The notes under the pieces were generated by a model. The model made no database searches and was not told the origin of the DNA. It was given only the letters and a program-made list of their open reading frames with translations. This document shows, piece after piece, positions 1-8,069 of a stretch of DNA of 32,000 nt. Every line of letters starts with the position of its first letter. The stretch's first letter is position 1. A program made the translations under genes and the position numbers. The DNA is taken from assembly GCF_000008665.1 (NCBI RefSeq), contig NC_000917.1, positions 870,001 through 902,000 on the forward strand. Reading direction: 5' to 3'. This stretch comes from Archaeoglobus fulgidus DSM 4304. Its GTDB lineage: Archaea; Halobacteriota; Archaeoglobi; Archaeoglobales; Archaeoglobaceae.

Positions 1-560
1 AGGAACGCCTGGAAGGCAGCGTTCCAGCTCGTTGCTATCATTCCGCCCCACACAACGTAGAGCATCACTATAATCGTTCCAACTATCAGTCCAATGATGT
101 AGGGCACTTTTGCGACAGCTAACAGGAAGAGGGCCATACCCACAAGCGAGAGCGTTATGTAGAGCACCGCACCAATCACTGTAACTATACCCACAAGCCA
201 TCTGAGCCTCTGGTCGTTGTACCTGTCAGCGTAGTAGTCAGCAAAGCTTGTTGGTGCGTACTTTCTCAGTGCTGATGCTGTCAGCAGAGTTGCAATGGGC
301 ATTCCAGCAATTATGGCCGACATCGCCCACCAGAAGGGGTAGCCGAGGATGAAGATGTATGCCGGTAGTCCGAGCATCGAAGCAGGGCTCAGGTAAGTAG
401 ATTCCAGTGCAAGACCGTTAACAACAGCGCCAACCTGCCTTCCAGCAACGTAGTAGTCTGTAGCGCTCTTCAGCCTTTGCCTCGAATAGTATCCTATTAT
501 AATTATGGCCAGGAAGTACAGCACTGTAATTCCTATGACCGGTGCCTCCACCTGAGCCAT
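1..560 (-). CDS. Sodium:solute symporter family (SSS) permease, N-terminal part, runs off the left edge
   Basis: Not in the supplied ORF track because it is truncated. The reverse strand from ATG at 560 reads MAQVEAPVIGITVLYFLAIIIIGYYSRQRLKSATDYYVAGRQVGAVVNGLALESTYLSPASMLGLP, an SSS-like N-terminus. The start overlaps the stop of the upstream small ORF (TAATG). Confidence 0.85.
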   Translation of the reverse strand, partial: MAQVEAPVIGITVLYFLAIIIIGYYSRQRLKSATDYYVAGRQVGAVVNGLALESTYLSPASMLGLPAYIFILGYPFWWAMSAIIAGMPIATLLTASALRKYAPTSFADYYADRYNDQRLRWLVGIVTVIGAVLYITLSLVGMALFLLAVAKVPYIIGLIVGTIIVMLYVVWGGMIATSWNAAFQAF

Positions 561-778
561 TACGAACCACCTCTCGCTTCTTCAGCCTTCTCCGGGAAGT
601 AGAAGTATATTATCGACATGAACAGCGGTATCAAGAACGTCCCTAGGAACGACGCGTACCAGAAAGCTGCCGTCGGTATGTGGTTTATCCCTGCAGTCGC
701 TTCCCCAATCCAGCAAAGTGCCACAAAGCCGTAGTACACTACCAAACCTACCCAAAACACTTTCGGCGGCCAAGGCAT
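560..778 (-). CDS. Small two-helix membrane protein, probable small subunit/partner of the adjacent sodium:solute symporter
   Basis: ORF track gives 560..820, but an in-frame ATG at 778 is preceded by AGGTGAG, while ATG 820 abuts a TATA-like element. It has two hydrophobic segments and couples to the symporter by TAATG. Similar small proteins (DUF4212- or DUF3311-type) accompany SSS permeases; the exact family is not certain. Confidence 0.7.
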   Translation of the reverse strand: MPWPPKVFWVGLVVYYGFVALCWIGEATAGINHIPTAAFWYASFLGTFLIPLFMSIIYFYFPEKAEEARGGS

Positions 779-921
779 TTTCTCACCTACCTTCTCTATT
801 GTTTGTGATAAATCCAACATATTTAAATTTTTTCATTTATGAACACAACTAATGTTGATTGATATTTAAAATGAGTGTATCTGCAAAAGCTTTATATTGC
901 CAGATTTGTTAATTATAAAAA

Positions 922-2724
922 ATGCTGCCGCCTAAAGAGTTTTTGAGAAAAATAAAACCCTTCAATCTACTGAAAGAGGAAGAGCTTGAGAAAATAGTTG
1001 GCGAGCTGGAAGTGGAGGCTTACGAGGAGGGCGAGGAGATAATAAAGCGCGGGGAGAACAGCAATTACGTTTACTTCGTTTACTCTGGCGTTGTCGGAGT
1101 ATATGAAAATGGAGAGCTAATTGACCGGTTCTCAAGGGGAGAAATATTTGGCCTTACGCATAACCCGCAGAGGGTTGCTGTAGCTGAGGAGGACACGATT
1201 TGCTACCTCATCAAGAAAGACGTCTTCATGGACATCATGGAAAAAAACAAGCTTTTCTCAGACTTTTTCAAATCTTTTGAGGAGAAAAGGTTTAGCAGAA
1301 TTCCTGACCTCTTCAGGGAGGAAGAAATTACTGACAGGTTATTTCTGACAAGAGTTGGAGAGCTTATTTCAAAAAAACCGGTTGTCTGCAGTCCATACAC
1401 GTCAATCAGAGACGCTGCAATTAAGATGGAGCTTAACGGAGTCGGTTCGATTGTGGTGGTGGATGACAATCTCAAACCCCTCGGAATACTAACGAGCAAG
1501 GACTTTAGAACCTTCATTATCTACGGAAAAAGCCACCAGGAAAAAGTTTCCGCGTACATGACTTCTCCAGTAGTTGCTGTTGACTACTCAACACCGGTGT
1601 TCGAGGCCCATCTCGAGCTACTGAAGAGGGGCATAAATCACCTTGTTGTCACAGAGAACGGAAAGGTGAGGGGCGTAATAACGGCCAACGACATCTTAAC
1701 ACTCTTTGAGCCAACAACCTCCCTCATCGTGCTGTACAGAAAACTGAAAAAGGCCAAGAGCCTCGAAGAAATAAAAAACACGTTTAAGAATTTGACAAAA
1801 TCGATTTCTTCCCTTGTAATGCGAGGTATGCACTTCTACGACCTTTCCAACATACTGACGGAAATCTACGACTATCTGGTTGTAAAGGTGATTGAGATGG
1901 AAAAGGAGAGATTTGAGAGGGAGTGGGGAAAGCTGCCCTCTTTCGCATGGGTGCACATGGGAAGCTCAGCCAGGAAGGAGCAGGTAATTGCAACCGACCA
2001 GGACAACGCAATCGTTCATGAGGGTGACGGAGAGGGGCTCAGCCAATTTGCGGAGAGTGTCAACAACGCTCTCGATTACGTTGGAATTCCGAAATGCAGG
2101 GGAGGGTACATGGCGATGAACTGGTGCAAGAGCGTTGAAGAGTGGAAAAGCGTTTTTTCAGAGTGGTTTATCAAGCTGACACCAGACAACCTCAGATTCC
2201 TCTCAGTATTTCTCGACCTGAGGGTCATCTACGGAGACGAAAAACTCTGCAAAGAGTTGATTGAGCACATCAAGAGGGAGCACACTTCTCAATCCCTACG
2301 ATACCTCGCCTACGATGCCACGATAGCGGAACCTCCCCTTGGGCTTTTTGGGTTAAGAATGAAGAAGGAAATTGACCTAAAGATGAACGGAATATACCCT
2401 ATTGTAAACGGTGTGAGGGTTCTTGCTTTAGAGCACGGATTAATCGAAGTAACTAACACGAGGGAAAGGCTGGAAGAGCTTAAGGAGGCTCATGTAATGG
2501 ACGCAGACCTTGCCGAGTCCCTTAAGGAAACTTACGAGTTTCTCCAGGATTTAAGGCTTAGACTCCAGGCGAAAGAGGTTGTTGAGGGCAAAAAAGCTGA
2601 TAACGTCATCAAAGTGTCTGAGATCGACAGAATCGAGGCCTTCGTCCTTAAAGAGGGCTTCAAGGTTATCAAAAAGTTCCAGAACTTTTTAAAGGGGCAT
2701 TACAGCATTGAGAGGGGTCTTTAA
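922..2724 (+). CDS. Cyclic-nucleotide-binding-like / tandem CBS / DUF294-type nucleotidyltransferase-like regulatory protein
   Basis: 600 aa. N-terminal cNMP-binding-like fold (EEGEEIIKRGENSNYVYFVYSGVVGVYENGELIDRFSRGEIFG), CBS repeats (VCSPYTSIRDAAIKMELNGVGSIVVVDD...; MTSPVVAVDYSTPVFEAHLELLKRGINHLVVTE) and a GSSARKEQVIATDQDNAIV nucleotidyltransferase motif. Confidence 0.9.
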   Translation: MLPPKEFLRKIKPFNLLKEEELEKIVGELEVEAYEEGEEIIKRGENSNYVYFVYSGVVGVYENGELIDRFSRGEIFGLTHNPQRVAVAEEDTICYLIKKDVFMDIMEKNKLFSDFFKSFEEKRFSRIPDLFREEEITDRLFLTRVGELISKKPVVCSPYTSIRDAAIKMELNGVGSIVVVDDNLKPLGILTSKDFRTFIIYGKSHQEKVSAYMTSPVVAVDYSTPVFEAHLELLKRGINHLVVTENGKVRGVITANDILTLFEPTTSLIVLYRKLKKAKSLEEIKNTFKNLTKSISSLVMRGMHFYDLSNILTEIYDYLVVKVIEMEKERFEREWGKLPSFAWVHMGSSARKEQVIATDQDNAIVHEGDGEGLSQFAESVNNALDYVGIPKCRGGYMAMNWCKSVEEWKSVFSEWFIKLTPDNLRFLSVFLDLRVIYGDEKLCKELIEHIKREHTSQSLRYLAYDATIAEPPLGLFGLRMKKEIDLKMNGIYPIVNGVRVLALEHGLIEVTNTRERLEELKEAHVMDADLAESLKETYEFLQDLRLRLQAKEVVEGKKADNVIKVSEIDRIEAFVLKEGFKVIKKFQNFLKGHYSIERGL

Positions 2725-3341
2725 TGGAGGGCAGTTTAAGGAAAGTACAGTTTCTGTCGATAGACCTGGAAACCACAGGCTTAAACCAGAAAAAAGATGA
2801 AATCATCGCAATAGGAGCAGTCCCAATAATCGGAACAAGAATTTTGGCCGGAGAAAGCTACTACAGGCTTCTCAGACCGGAAAAATTCAAGCATGAGTCG
2901 ATGAAGTTCCACGGCCTCGACCCCGCAAGACTGAAGACGGCACACGACTTCTCAGAGATTGCTGAAGAAGTTGCGGACCTCTTAAGGGGAAAGGTGCTGG
3001 TGGGTTACGCGATAGAACTCGACTATGGCTTCCTAAAGAGAGCTTTAAAGAGAGAGGGCTACAAAGTGGAGAACAAGAGGATAGATGTTATAGACTTCGA
3101 AAAGGCGGTCTGCTACATTCTCGGAGAGAGACCGGTAGGGGAAATGACTCTGGACAATTTGGCAAAGAAATACAGGGTTGAGGTAAGCTACAGGCACAAC
3201 GCCCTCGCCGATGCCTTCATAACGGCCCAGATTTTTCAGGTTCAGCTTCTTAAAATTCTGAAGTACGGAATAAAAACTATCGATATGCTGTTTGATCTTA
3301 TAAAGAGAGTTGAGAGAGACCGCCAGTATCACATTTTCTAA
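2724..3341 (+). CDS. DEDDh-family 3'-5' exonuclease (DNA polymerase III epsilon-like)
   Basis: 205 aa. SIDLETTGL, VGYAIELDYGFL and RHNALADAFIT motifs. The start overlaps the upstream stop (TAATG). Confidence 0.9.
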   Translation: MEGSLRKVQFLSIDLETTGLNQKKDEIIAIGAVPIIGTRILAGESYYRLLRPEKFKHESMKFHGLDPARLKTAHDFSEIAEEVADLLRGKVLVGYAIELDYGFLKRALKREGYKVENKRIDVIDFEKAVCYILGERPVGEMTLDNLAKKYRVEVSYRHNALADAFITAQIFQVQLLKILKYGIKTIDMLFDLIKRVERDRQYHIF

Positions 3342-3428
3342 TATTTCTACAATTTTTTAAAGTTTGAAATCGAAAAACTTATACATTTGAAAATTACCAA
3401 ATTATTAATACTGCATGGAGGGATTGTA

Positions 3429-4760
3429 TTGAGTAGTGTGGAGGAGTATATGGATTATATGAAAAAATTGCTCGGTGCTGAAGACCTCTTTGACAGGGAT
3501 GAGCCCCTCAAGGGCGTTAGGGTTCTTGAGGTTTGCAGCGTCGTTCTCGGACCTGCAGCAACAGACTATCTGGCTGAGTTTGGGGCAGAGGTGATAAAGT
3601 TCGAAGCCCGCAGGGGAGACCAGATGCGCTACGTCACTCCGTACGCCTACTTCTGGAGAAACCTCTCTCCGGGACTGCTGGAGCAGAACCACAACAAGTA
3701 CTGGGTTGGCATGCACCTCGGCCACCCTAAGGCGAGAGAGCTCTTCTACGAGTTCGTGAAGCGGAGCGATGTGGTCGTGGACAACCTCACTCCCGGAAGG
3801 CTTTCAAAGTGGGGTATTAGCTACGACAGGCTGAGAGAGATTAATCCGAGGATTATACAGCTTCACGTCTCTGGTTTCGGAAGCTGGGGACCATACACTG
3901 GAAGAACTTCCTACGATGCGATTGCTCAGAGCGAGGGTGGCTTGGCTTACATTACTGGCTTTGAGGGGAGAGGCCCGCTCAAGTCGGGTGTGTGGATTGC
4001 TGACTGGACAACTGCTCTGATGTGTGCAGTTGCTATCGTTGCAGCCCTGAACTACAGGGAGAGGACAGGAGAAGGGCAGTACATCGACTATTCTCAGGTT
4101 GAGAACGTCATCAGATTTCTGGACTGGACTTGGACCTACGTGGATATGACAGGAGAGAACAGGGAGAGAGTGGGGAACAGGGATCTGGCAATCTGCCCCT
4201 CTGACCTATTCGACTGCAAGGATGGATGGGTTGCAATCGTTGCTTTCAGCGAAGAGGAGTTCAAAGGCCTGTGCCAGGCTATGGGGAGAATGGATCTCTA
4301 CGAGAAGTTTGCCGACCCGCTTGAGAGGCTGAAGGATGAGAATGCGAGGCTGATTCTGAAGGAAATTGCTGAGTGGGCAAAAACCAAGACGGTTAAGGAT
4401 GTTGAGGAGCTTGCAGACAAATACGGCTTTGCAGCCTCACATGTTATTGAGGTTGACGAGGCCTACTACAGCGAGCATCTGAGGGAGAGGGGGGCAATTA
4501 TGGCCTACGACGACCCACTGTATGGGGAATTTGTTGAACCTTGCTACCCGCCAAGGATGGAAACGCCTTCAAGGCTGAAGTGGGGTGCGAGGCCATTGGG
4601 CTTTGACAATGAGTTTGTACTGACAAAGTACCTCGGCCTGAGCATGGATGAAATCGAGCAGCTTTACGAGGAGGGCGTCATCTACAGGTGGAATCCAGAC
4701 GTGAAGCCGCAGTGCCCTCCGCCGGACTGGGACGGAAAGAAGGGGTTGAAGTTCCCGTGA
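3429..4760 (+). CDS. CoA-transferase family III (CaiB/BaiF/Frc), first of a tandem pair
   Basis: CaiB signature [36 protein letters not shown] and [17 protein letters not shown] around the expected catalytic Asp. The track starts at TTG 3387, but TTG 3429 follows GGAGGG and looks better. Confidence 0.9.
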   Translation: MSSVEEYMDYMKKLLGAEDLFDRDEPLKGVRVLEVCSVVLGPAATDYLAEFGAEVIKFEARRGDQMRYVTPYAYFWRNLSPGLLEQNHNKYWVGMHLGHPKARELFYEFVKRSDVVVDNLTPGRLSKWGISYDRLREINPRIIQLHVSGFGSWGPYTGRTSYDAIAQSEGGLAYITGFEGRGPLKSGVWIADWTTALMCAVAIVAALNYRERTGEGQYIDYSQVENVIRFLDWTWTYVDMTGENRERVGNRDLAICPSDLFDCKDGWVAIVAFSEEEFKGLCQAMGRMDLYEKFADPLERLKDENARLILKEIAEWAKTKTVKDVEELADKYGFAASHVIEVDEAYYSEHLRERGAIMAYDDPLYGEFVEPCYPPRMETPSRLKWGARPLGFDNEFVLTKYLGLSMDEIEQLYEEGVIYRWNPDVKPQCPPPDWDGKKGLKFP

Positions 4761-4769
4761 GGTGATAGA

Positions 4770-6122
4770 ATGGAGGAGAAGGCGATTGTTGGAATGGCCC
4801 TCGACCCCCAGTATGCCAGATTCATCTACAACGAAACCAATCCCGACGACGTGATGAGAAAGCCCGAGGCAATAGACGACATGGTCGTCCTTGATATGAG
4901 CTACGGGAACTACGCCGGGCTGTTTGCATCGTCTCTGCTTGCTGAGCTTGGGGCGGAGGTTATCAGGATCGAGCCGCCTGAAGGAGACATTGCCAGAAAA
5001 ATGACGCCTTACGGCATAATGGTCAAGGATGCAGGTTTGGCTTATCTGACTGAGGGAAGAAACAAGTTTCACGTTACGCTCAACATTGAAAAGGAAGAGG
5101 GCAGAGAACTCCTTAAGAGGCTTGTCAAGAAGGCCGATGTTCTTATTGAATCCTTCAAGCCGGGATACATGGATTCTCTGGGCATTGGCTACAGGCATCT
5201 GAAAGAAATCAATCCCGGACTGATTTACTGTGCTGTAAACACCTACGGCCAGTTCGGAGAGGATGCGAAGAAGCATTCAAATCAGCCCGACTATGACATG
5301 ACTGATCAGGCTAGGGGAGTTGTAATGTCGGTGACAGGCGAGCCAGAGCTTGACCCTGAAGTTCCACAGGAGTACAAGAAACCTCTCAAACACGGAAACT
5401 GGATGGGGTGGTATGTTGGCGGTACGTGGGCGGCTTTTGGAATTCTTTTGGCGATGTTCTACAAGAGAAAGACGGGAAAGGGGCAGATGATTGATGCCGC
5501 CCCGCCAGAGGGGATGATGGCAATCTCCAACTACCTGATGCAGTACTTCCACCTCACCAAGAACAAGATGGTAAGGGCTGGCAATTTCGACTACGCTGTC
5601 TTCCCCTACACCTACGTGAGATGCAAGGACGGCTACGCCTTCATGTCGGGCTTCACTGATCCAAACTGGGCTGCCCTCTGCGAGATAATGAACCGCCCCG
5701 ATCTGCAGCAGCAGTTCCCCACAATCAAGGAAAGGCTGACTCCAGAGAACCAGCCCAAGATTCAGCATGAGATTGAGAAGTTCACAATGAACTACACTGC
5801 TGCGGAGCTTCTTGAAATTGTGACTGAGTACTCAAGAAGGCCCGACAAGAAGGGGACGGTTGTTACTGGCAGATTAAACGCTCCAAAGGAGGTTCTGGAC
5901 ATTGAGCACTTCAAGGTCAAGAGGATGTTCGTAAAAATGAAGGACCCGCACTACGGTGAGGTGCTTGTCCCCAACTCAACGCTGAGGTTCATGTCCAAAA
6001 CTCCGGGAAGAGTTAAGTGGGTCTGCAGGCCGATTGGGGCTGATAACGAGTACATTTATGGGAAGTATCTGGGTATTTCGGGTAAGAAGCTTGAGGAGCT
6101 AAAGGAGAAAGGAATTGTTTAA
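4770..6122 (+). CDS. CoA-transferase family III (CaiB/BaiF/Frc), second of a tandem pair
   Basis: 450 aa. [36 protein letters not shown] and [17 protein letters not shown]. Adjacent to and co-directional with the first copy. Confidence 0.9.
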   Translation: MEEKAIVGMALDPQYARFIYNETNPDDVMRKPEAIDDMVVLDMSYGNYAGLFASSLLAELGAEVIRIEPPEGDIARKMTPYGIMVKDAGLAYLTEGRNKFHVTLNIEKEEGRELLKRLVKKADVLIESFKPGYMDSLGIGYRHLKEINPGLIYCAVNTYGQFGEDAKKHSNQPDYDMTDQARGVVMSVTGEPELDPEVPQEYKKPLKHGNWMGWYVGGTWAAFGILLAMFYKRKTGKGQMIDAAPPEGMMAISNYLMQYFHLTKNKMVRAGNFDYAVFPYTYVRCKDGYAFMSGFTDPNWAALCEIMNRPDLQQQFPTIKERLTPENQPKIQHEIEKFTMNYTAAELLEIVTEYSRRPDKKGTVVTGRLNAPKEVLDIEHFKVKRMFVKMKDPHYGEVLVPNSTLRFMSKTPGRVKWVCRPIGADNEYIYGKYLGISGKKLEELKEKGIV

Positions 6123-6145
6123 TTTTATTTTTTGAGGTGAGAAAA

Positions 6146-8065
6146 ATGGGCTTTATCTGGCATCCGCCAAAAGAATTGGTTGAGGAGTCCAACGTCAAGG
6201 CCTTCATGGATGCTGAGGGCTTTTCCGACTACAAGCAGATGGTTGAGAAGTCCACTGACGACATAGAGTGGTGGTGGAGCAAGGCTGTTGAGTGGCTCAA
6301 TGTGGAGTGGTTCAAGCCCTACGAGAAGGTCTACGACATGTCGAAGGGCATAGAGTGGACTGACTGGTTCGTGAACGGCAGAGTAAACGCCGCTTACAAC
6401 GCCTTGGACAGGCACAGAAAGAAGAGGAACAAGTTAGCGTTCATCTGGCAGGGAGAGGATGGAGAAGTGAGGAGATACACCTACCTCGAGCTTTACAGGG
6501 AAGTGAACAGGCTCGCCAACGCCCTCAAGGCCTTTGGAGTTGGGAAGGGGGACGTTGTGGCCCTCTACCTCCCAATGTTTCCTGAAACTGTCGTTACTCT
6601 CTTTGCTGCCATGAAGATTGGCGCCATTGCGATGCCGATATTCTCGGGCTATAGCTCTGCAGCCATTCAGACGAGGCTTGCTGATTCAGATGCGAAGGTT
6701 GTTGTTACAGCAGATGCAAGCTACAGAAGAGGGAGGGCTGTGCCACTCAAGCCCGAACTCGACAAGGCCCTTGAGGGGACGAAGGTTGAGAAGGTTGTTG
6801 TGGTGAACAGGGCGGACACCGAAGTTGAGATGAAGGAGGATAGGGACGTTTACTGGGATGAGGTTAAGGAGAGCAGCAGGTGTGAGACGGTTGAGATGGA
6901 CCCCAACGATGCTGCTTTGCTGCTCTACACCTCAGGCACAACCGGAAAGCCGAAAGGGGTTGTTTTATCCCATGCGGGAGTGATTTTGCAGAGCAGCAAG
7001 GAGATTTTCTTCAACATGGATTTGAAGCCTGAAGACGTTTTTCTTTGGATCACCGACATTGGCTGGATGATGGGGCCTTGGCAGATTATTGGCTGCCAGC
7101 ATCTCGGCGGGACTCACGTTCTCTTTGAGGGAGCCCCCGACTATCCCAACACCGACAGGATATGGGCGATGATTGAGGAGTTTGAAATTACGCAGCTTGG
7201 TGGTTCAGCGACGGTTTACAGATTGCTGAAGAGATACGGAGATGAGGCGGTAAAGCAGCACGACCTGAGCAGTTTAAAGGCTACGGGCAACACCGGAGAG
7301 CCGATAGACCACGACACGTGGATGTGGCTGCTGAAGGTCGTTGGCGAGGAGAGGTGCCCGATCATAAACCTCTCAGGAGGAACCGAGATCTTCGGCTGCT
7401 TTTTGCTTCCCTCTCCCGCAATGCCCCTCAAGCCGACAACCTTGGGCTATCCCGGATTGGGGATGGACGTGGATGTGTTTGATGACGCTGGAAACTCTGT
7501 GAGGCAGCAGATTGGATATCTGGTTTGCAAGAAGCCAGCCCCATCAATGACAAGAGGCTTCTGGAAAGACCCTGAGAGGTACATCAAGACCTACTGGAGC
7601 AGGTGGAAGGGAGTCTGGTACCACGGAGACTGGGCTTATGTTGACGAGGATGGTTTCTGGTTCCTCTTCGGCAGGGCCGATGACGTCATAAAGGTTGCAG
7701 GAAAGAGAATGGGACCTGCAGAGATTGAGACCATCGTGAACTCCATTCCTGCTGTCCAGGAGTCCGCATGCATTGGAGTTCCGCATGAGCTTAAGGGAGA
7801 GGTTGTTTGGGTTTTTGTGACTCTAAAGCCCGGCTATGAGCCGAGTGAGGAGCTGGAGAAGGAAATCGTTGACAAAATTGTGAAGGAGTTCGGAAAGCCC
7901 TTCAAGCCGGACAGGGTTGTGTTTGTCCCCGATCTGCCGAGAACGAGGAGCGGGAAGATTATGAGGAGGCTGATAAAGGCTGTTGTTGCCAAGCAGGAGC
8001 TTGGCGACACCTCAGCTCTGGAAAATCCGGACTCGCTGGAGAAGATAAAGGAGGTTTTGGGGTGA
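6146..8065 (+). CDS. AMP-forming acetyl-CoA/acyl-CoA synthetase family protein
   Basis: ALLLYTSGTTGKPKGVVLSHAG, WYHGDWAYVDEDGFWFLFGRADDVIKVAGKRMGPAEIE and RTRSGKIMRRLIKAV. The track starts at GTG 6137, but ATG 6146 sits just after GAGGTG. Confidence 0.9.
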   Translation: MGFIWHPPKELVEESNVKAFMDAEGFSDYKQMVEKSTDDIEWWWSKAVEWLNVEWFKPYEKVYDMSKGIEWTDWFVNGRVNAAYNALDRHRKKRNKLAFIWQGEDGEVRRYTYLELYREVNRLANALKAFGVGKGDVVALYLPMFPETVVTLFAAMKIGAIAMPIFSGYSSAAIQTRLADSDAKVVVTADASYRRGRAVPLKPELDKALEGTKVEKVVVVNRADTEVEMKEDRDVYWDEVKESSRCETVEMDPNDAALLLYTSGTTGKPKGVVLSHAGVILQSSKEIFFNMDLKPEDVFLWITDIGWMMGPWQIIGCQHLGGTHVLFEGAPDYPNTDRIWAMIEEFEITQLGGSATVYRLLKRYGDEAVKQHDLSSLKATGNTGEPIDHDTWMWLLKVVGEERCPIINLSGGTEIFGCFLLPSPAMPLKPTTLGYPGLGMDVDVFDDAGNSVRQQIGYLVCKKPAPSMTRGFWKDPERYIKTYWSRWKGVWYHGDWAYVDEDGFWFLFGRADDVIKVAGKRMGPAEIETIVNSIPAVQESACIGVPHELKGEVVWVFVTLKPGYEPSEELEKEIVDKIVKEFGKPFKPDRVVFVPDLPRTRSGKIMRRLIKAVVAKQELGDTSALENPDSLEKIKEVLG

Positions 8066-8069
8066 GTTT

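Noticed and set aside
582-773. 63-aa ORF in the same region as the small symporter subunit
   Set aside because: Overlaps a well-supported membrane protein gene coupled to the symporter and has no recognisable domain.
1203-2011. ORFs of 104, 86 and 75 aa inside the 922..2724 regulator gene
   Set aside because: They overlap a long gene with clear domain motifs; their translations are low-complexity Ser/Leu/Pro-rich antisense-like sequences.
4569-5768. 235-aa and 163-aa ORFs overlapping the tandem CoA-transferases
   Set aside because: Shadow ORFs opposite conserved genes; the real genes have catalytic motifs, while these do not resemble any family.
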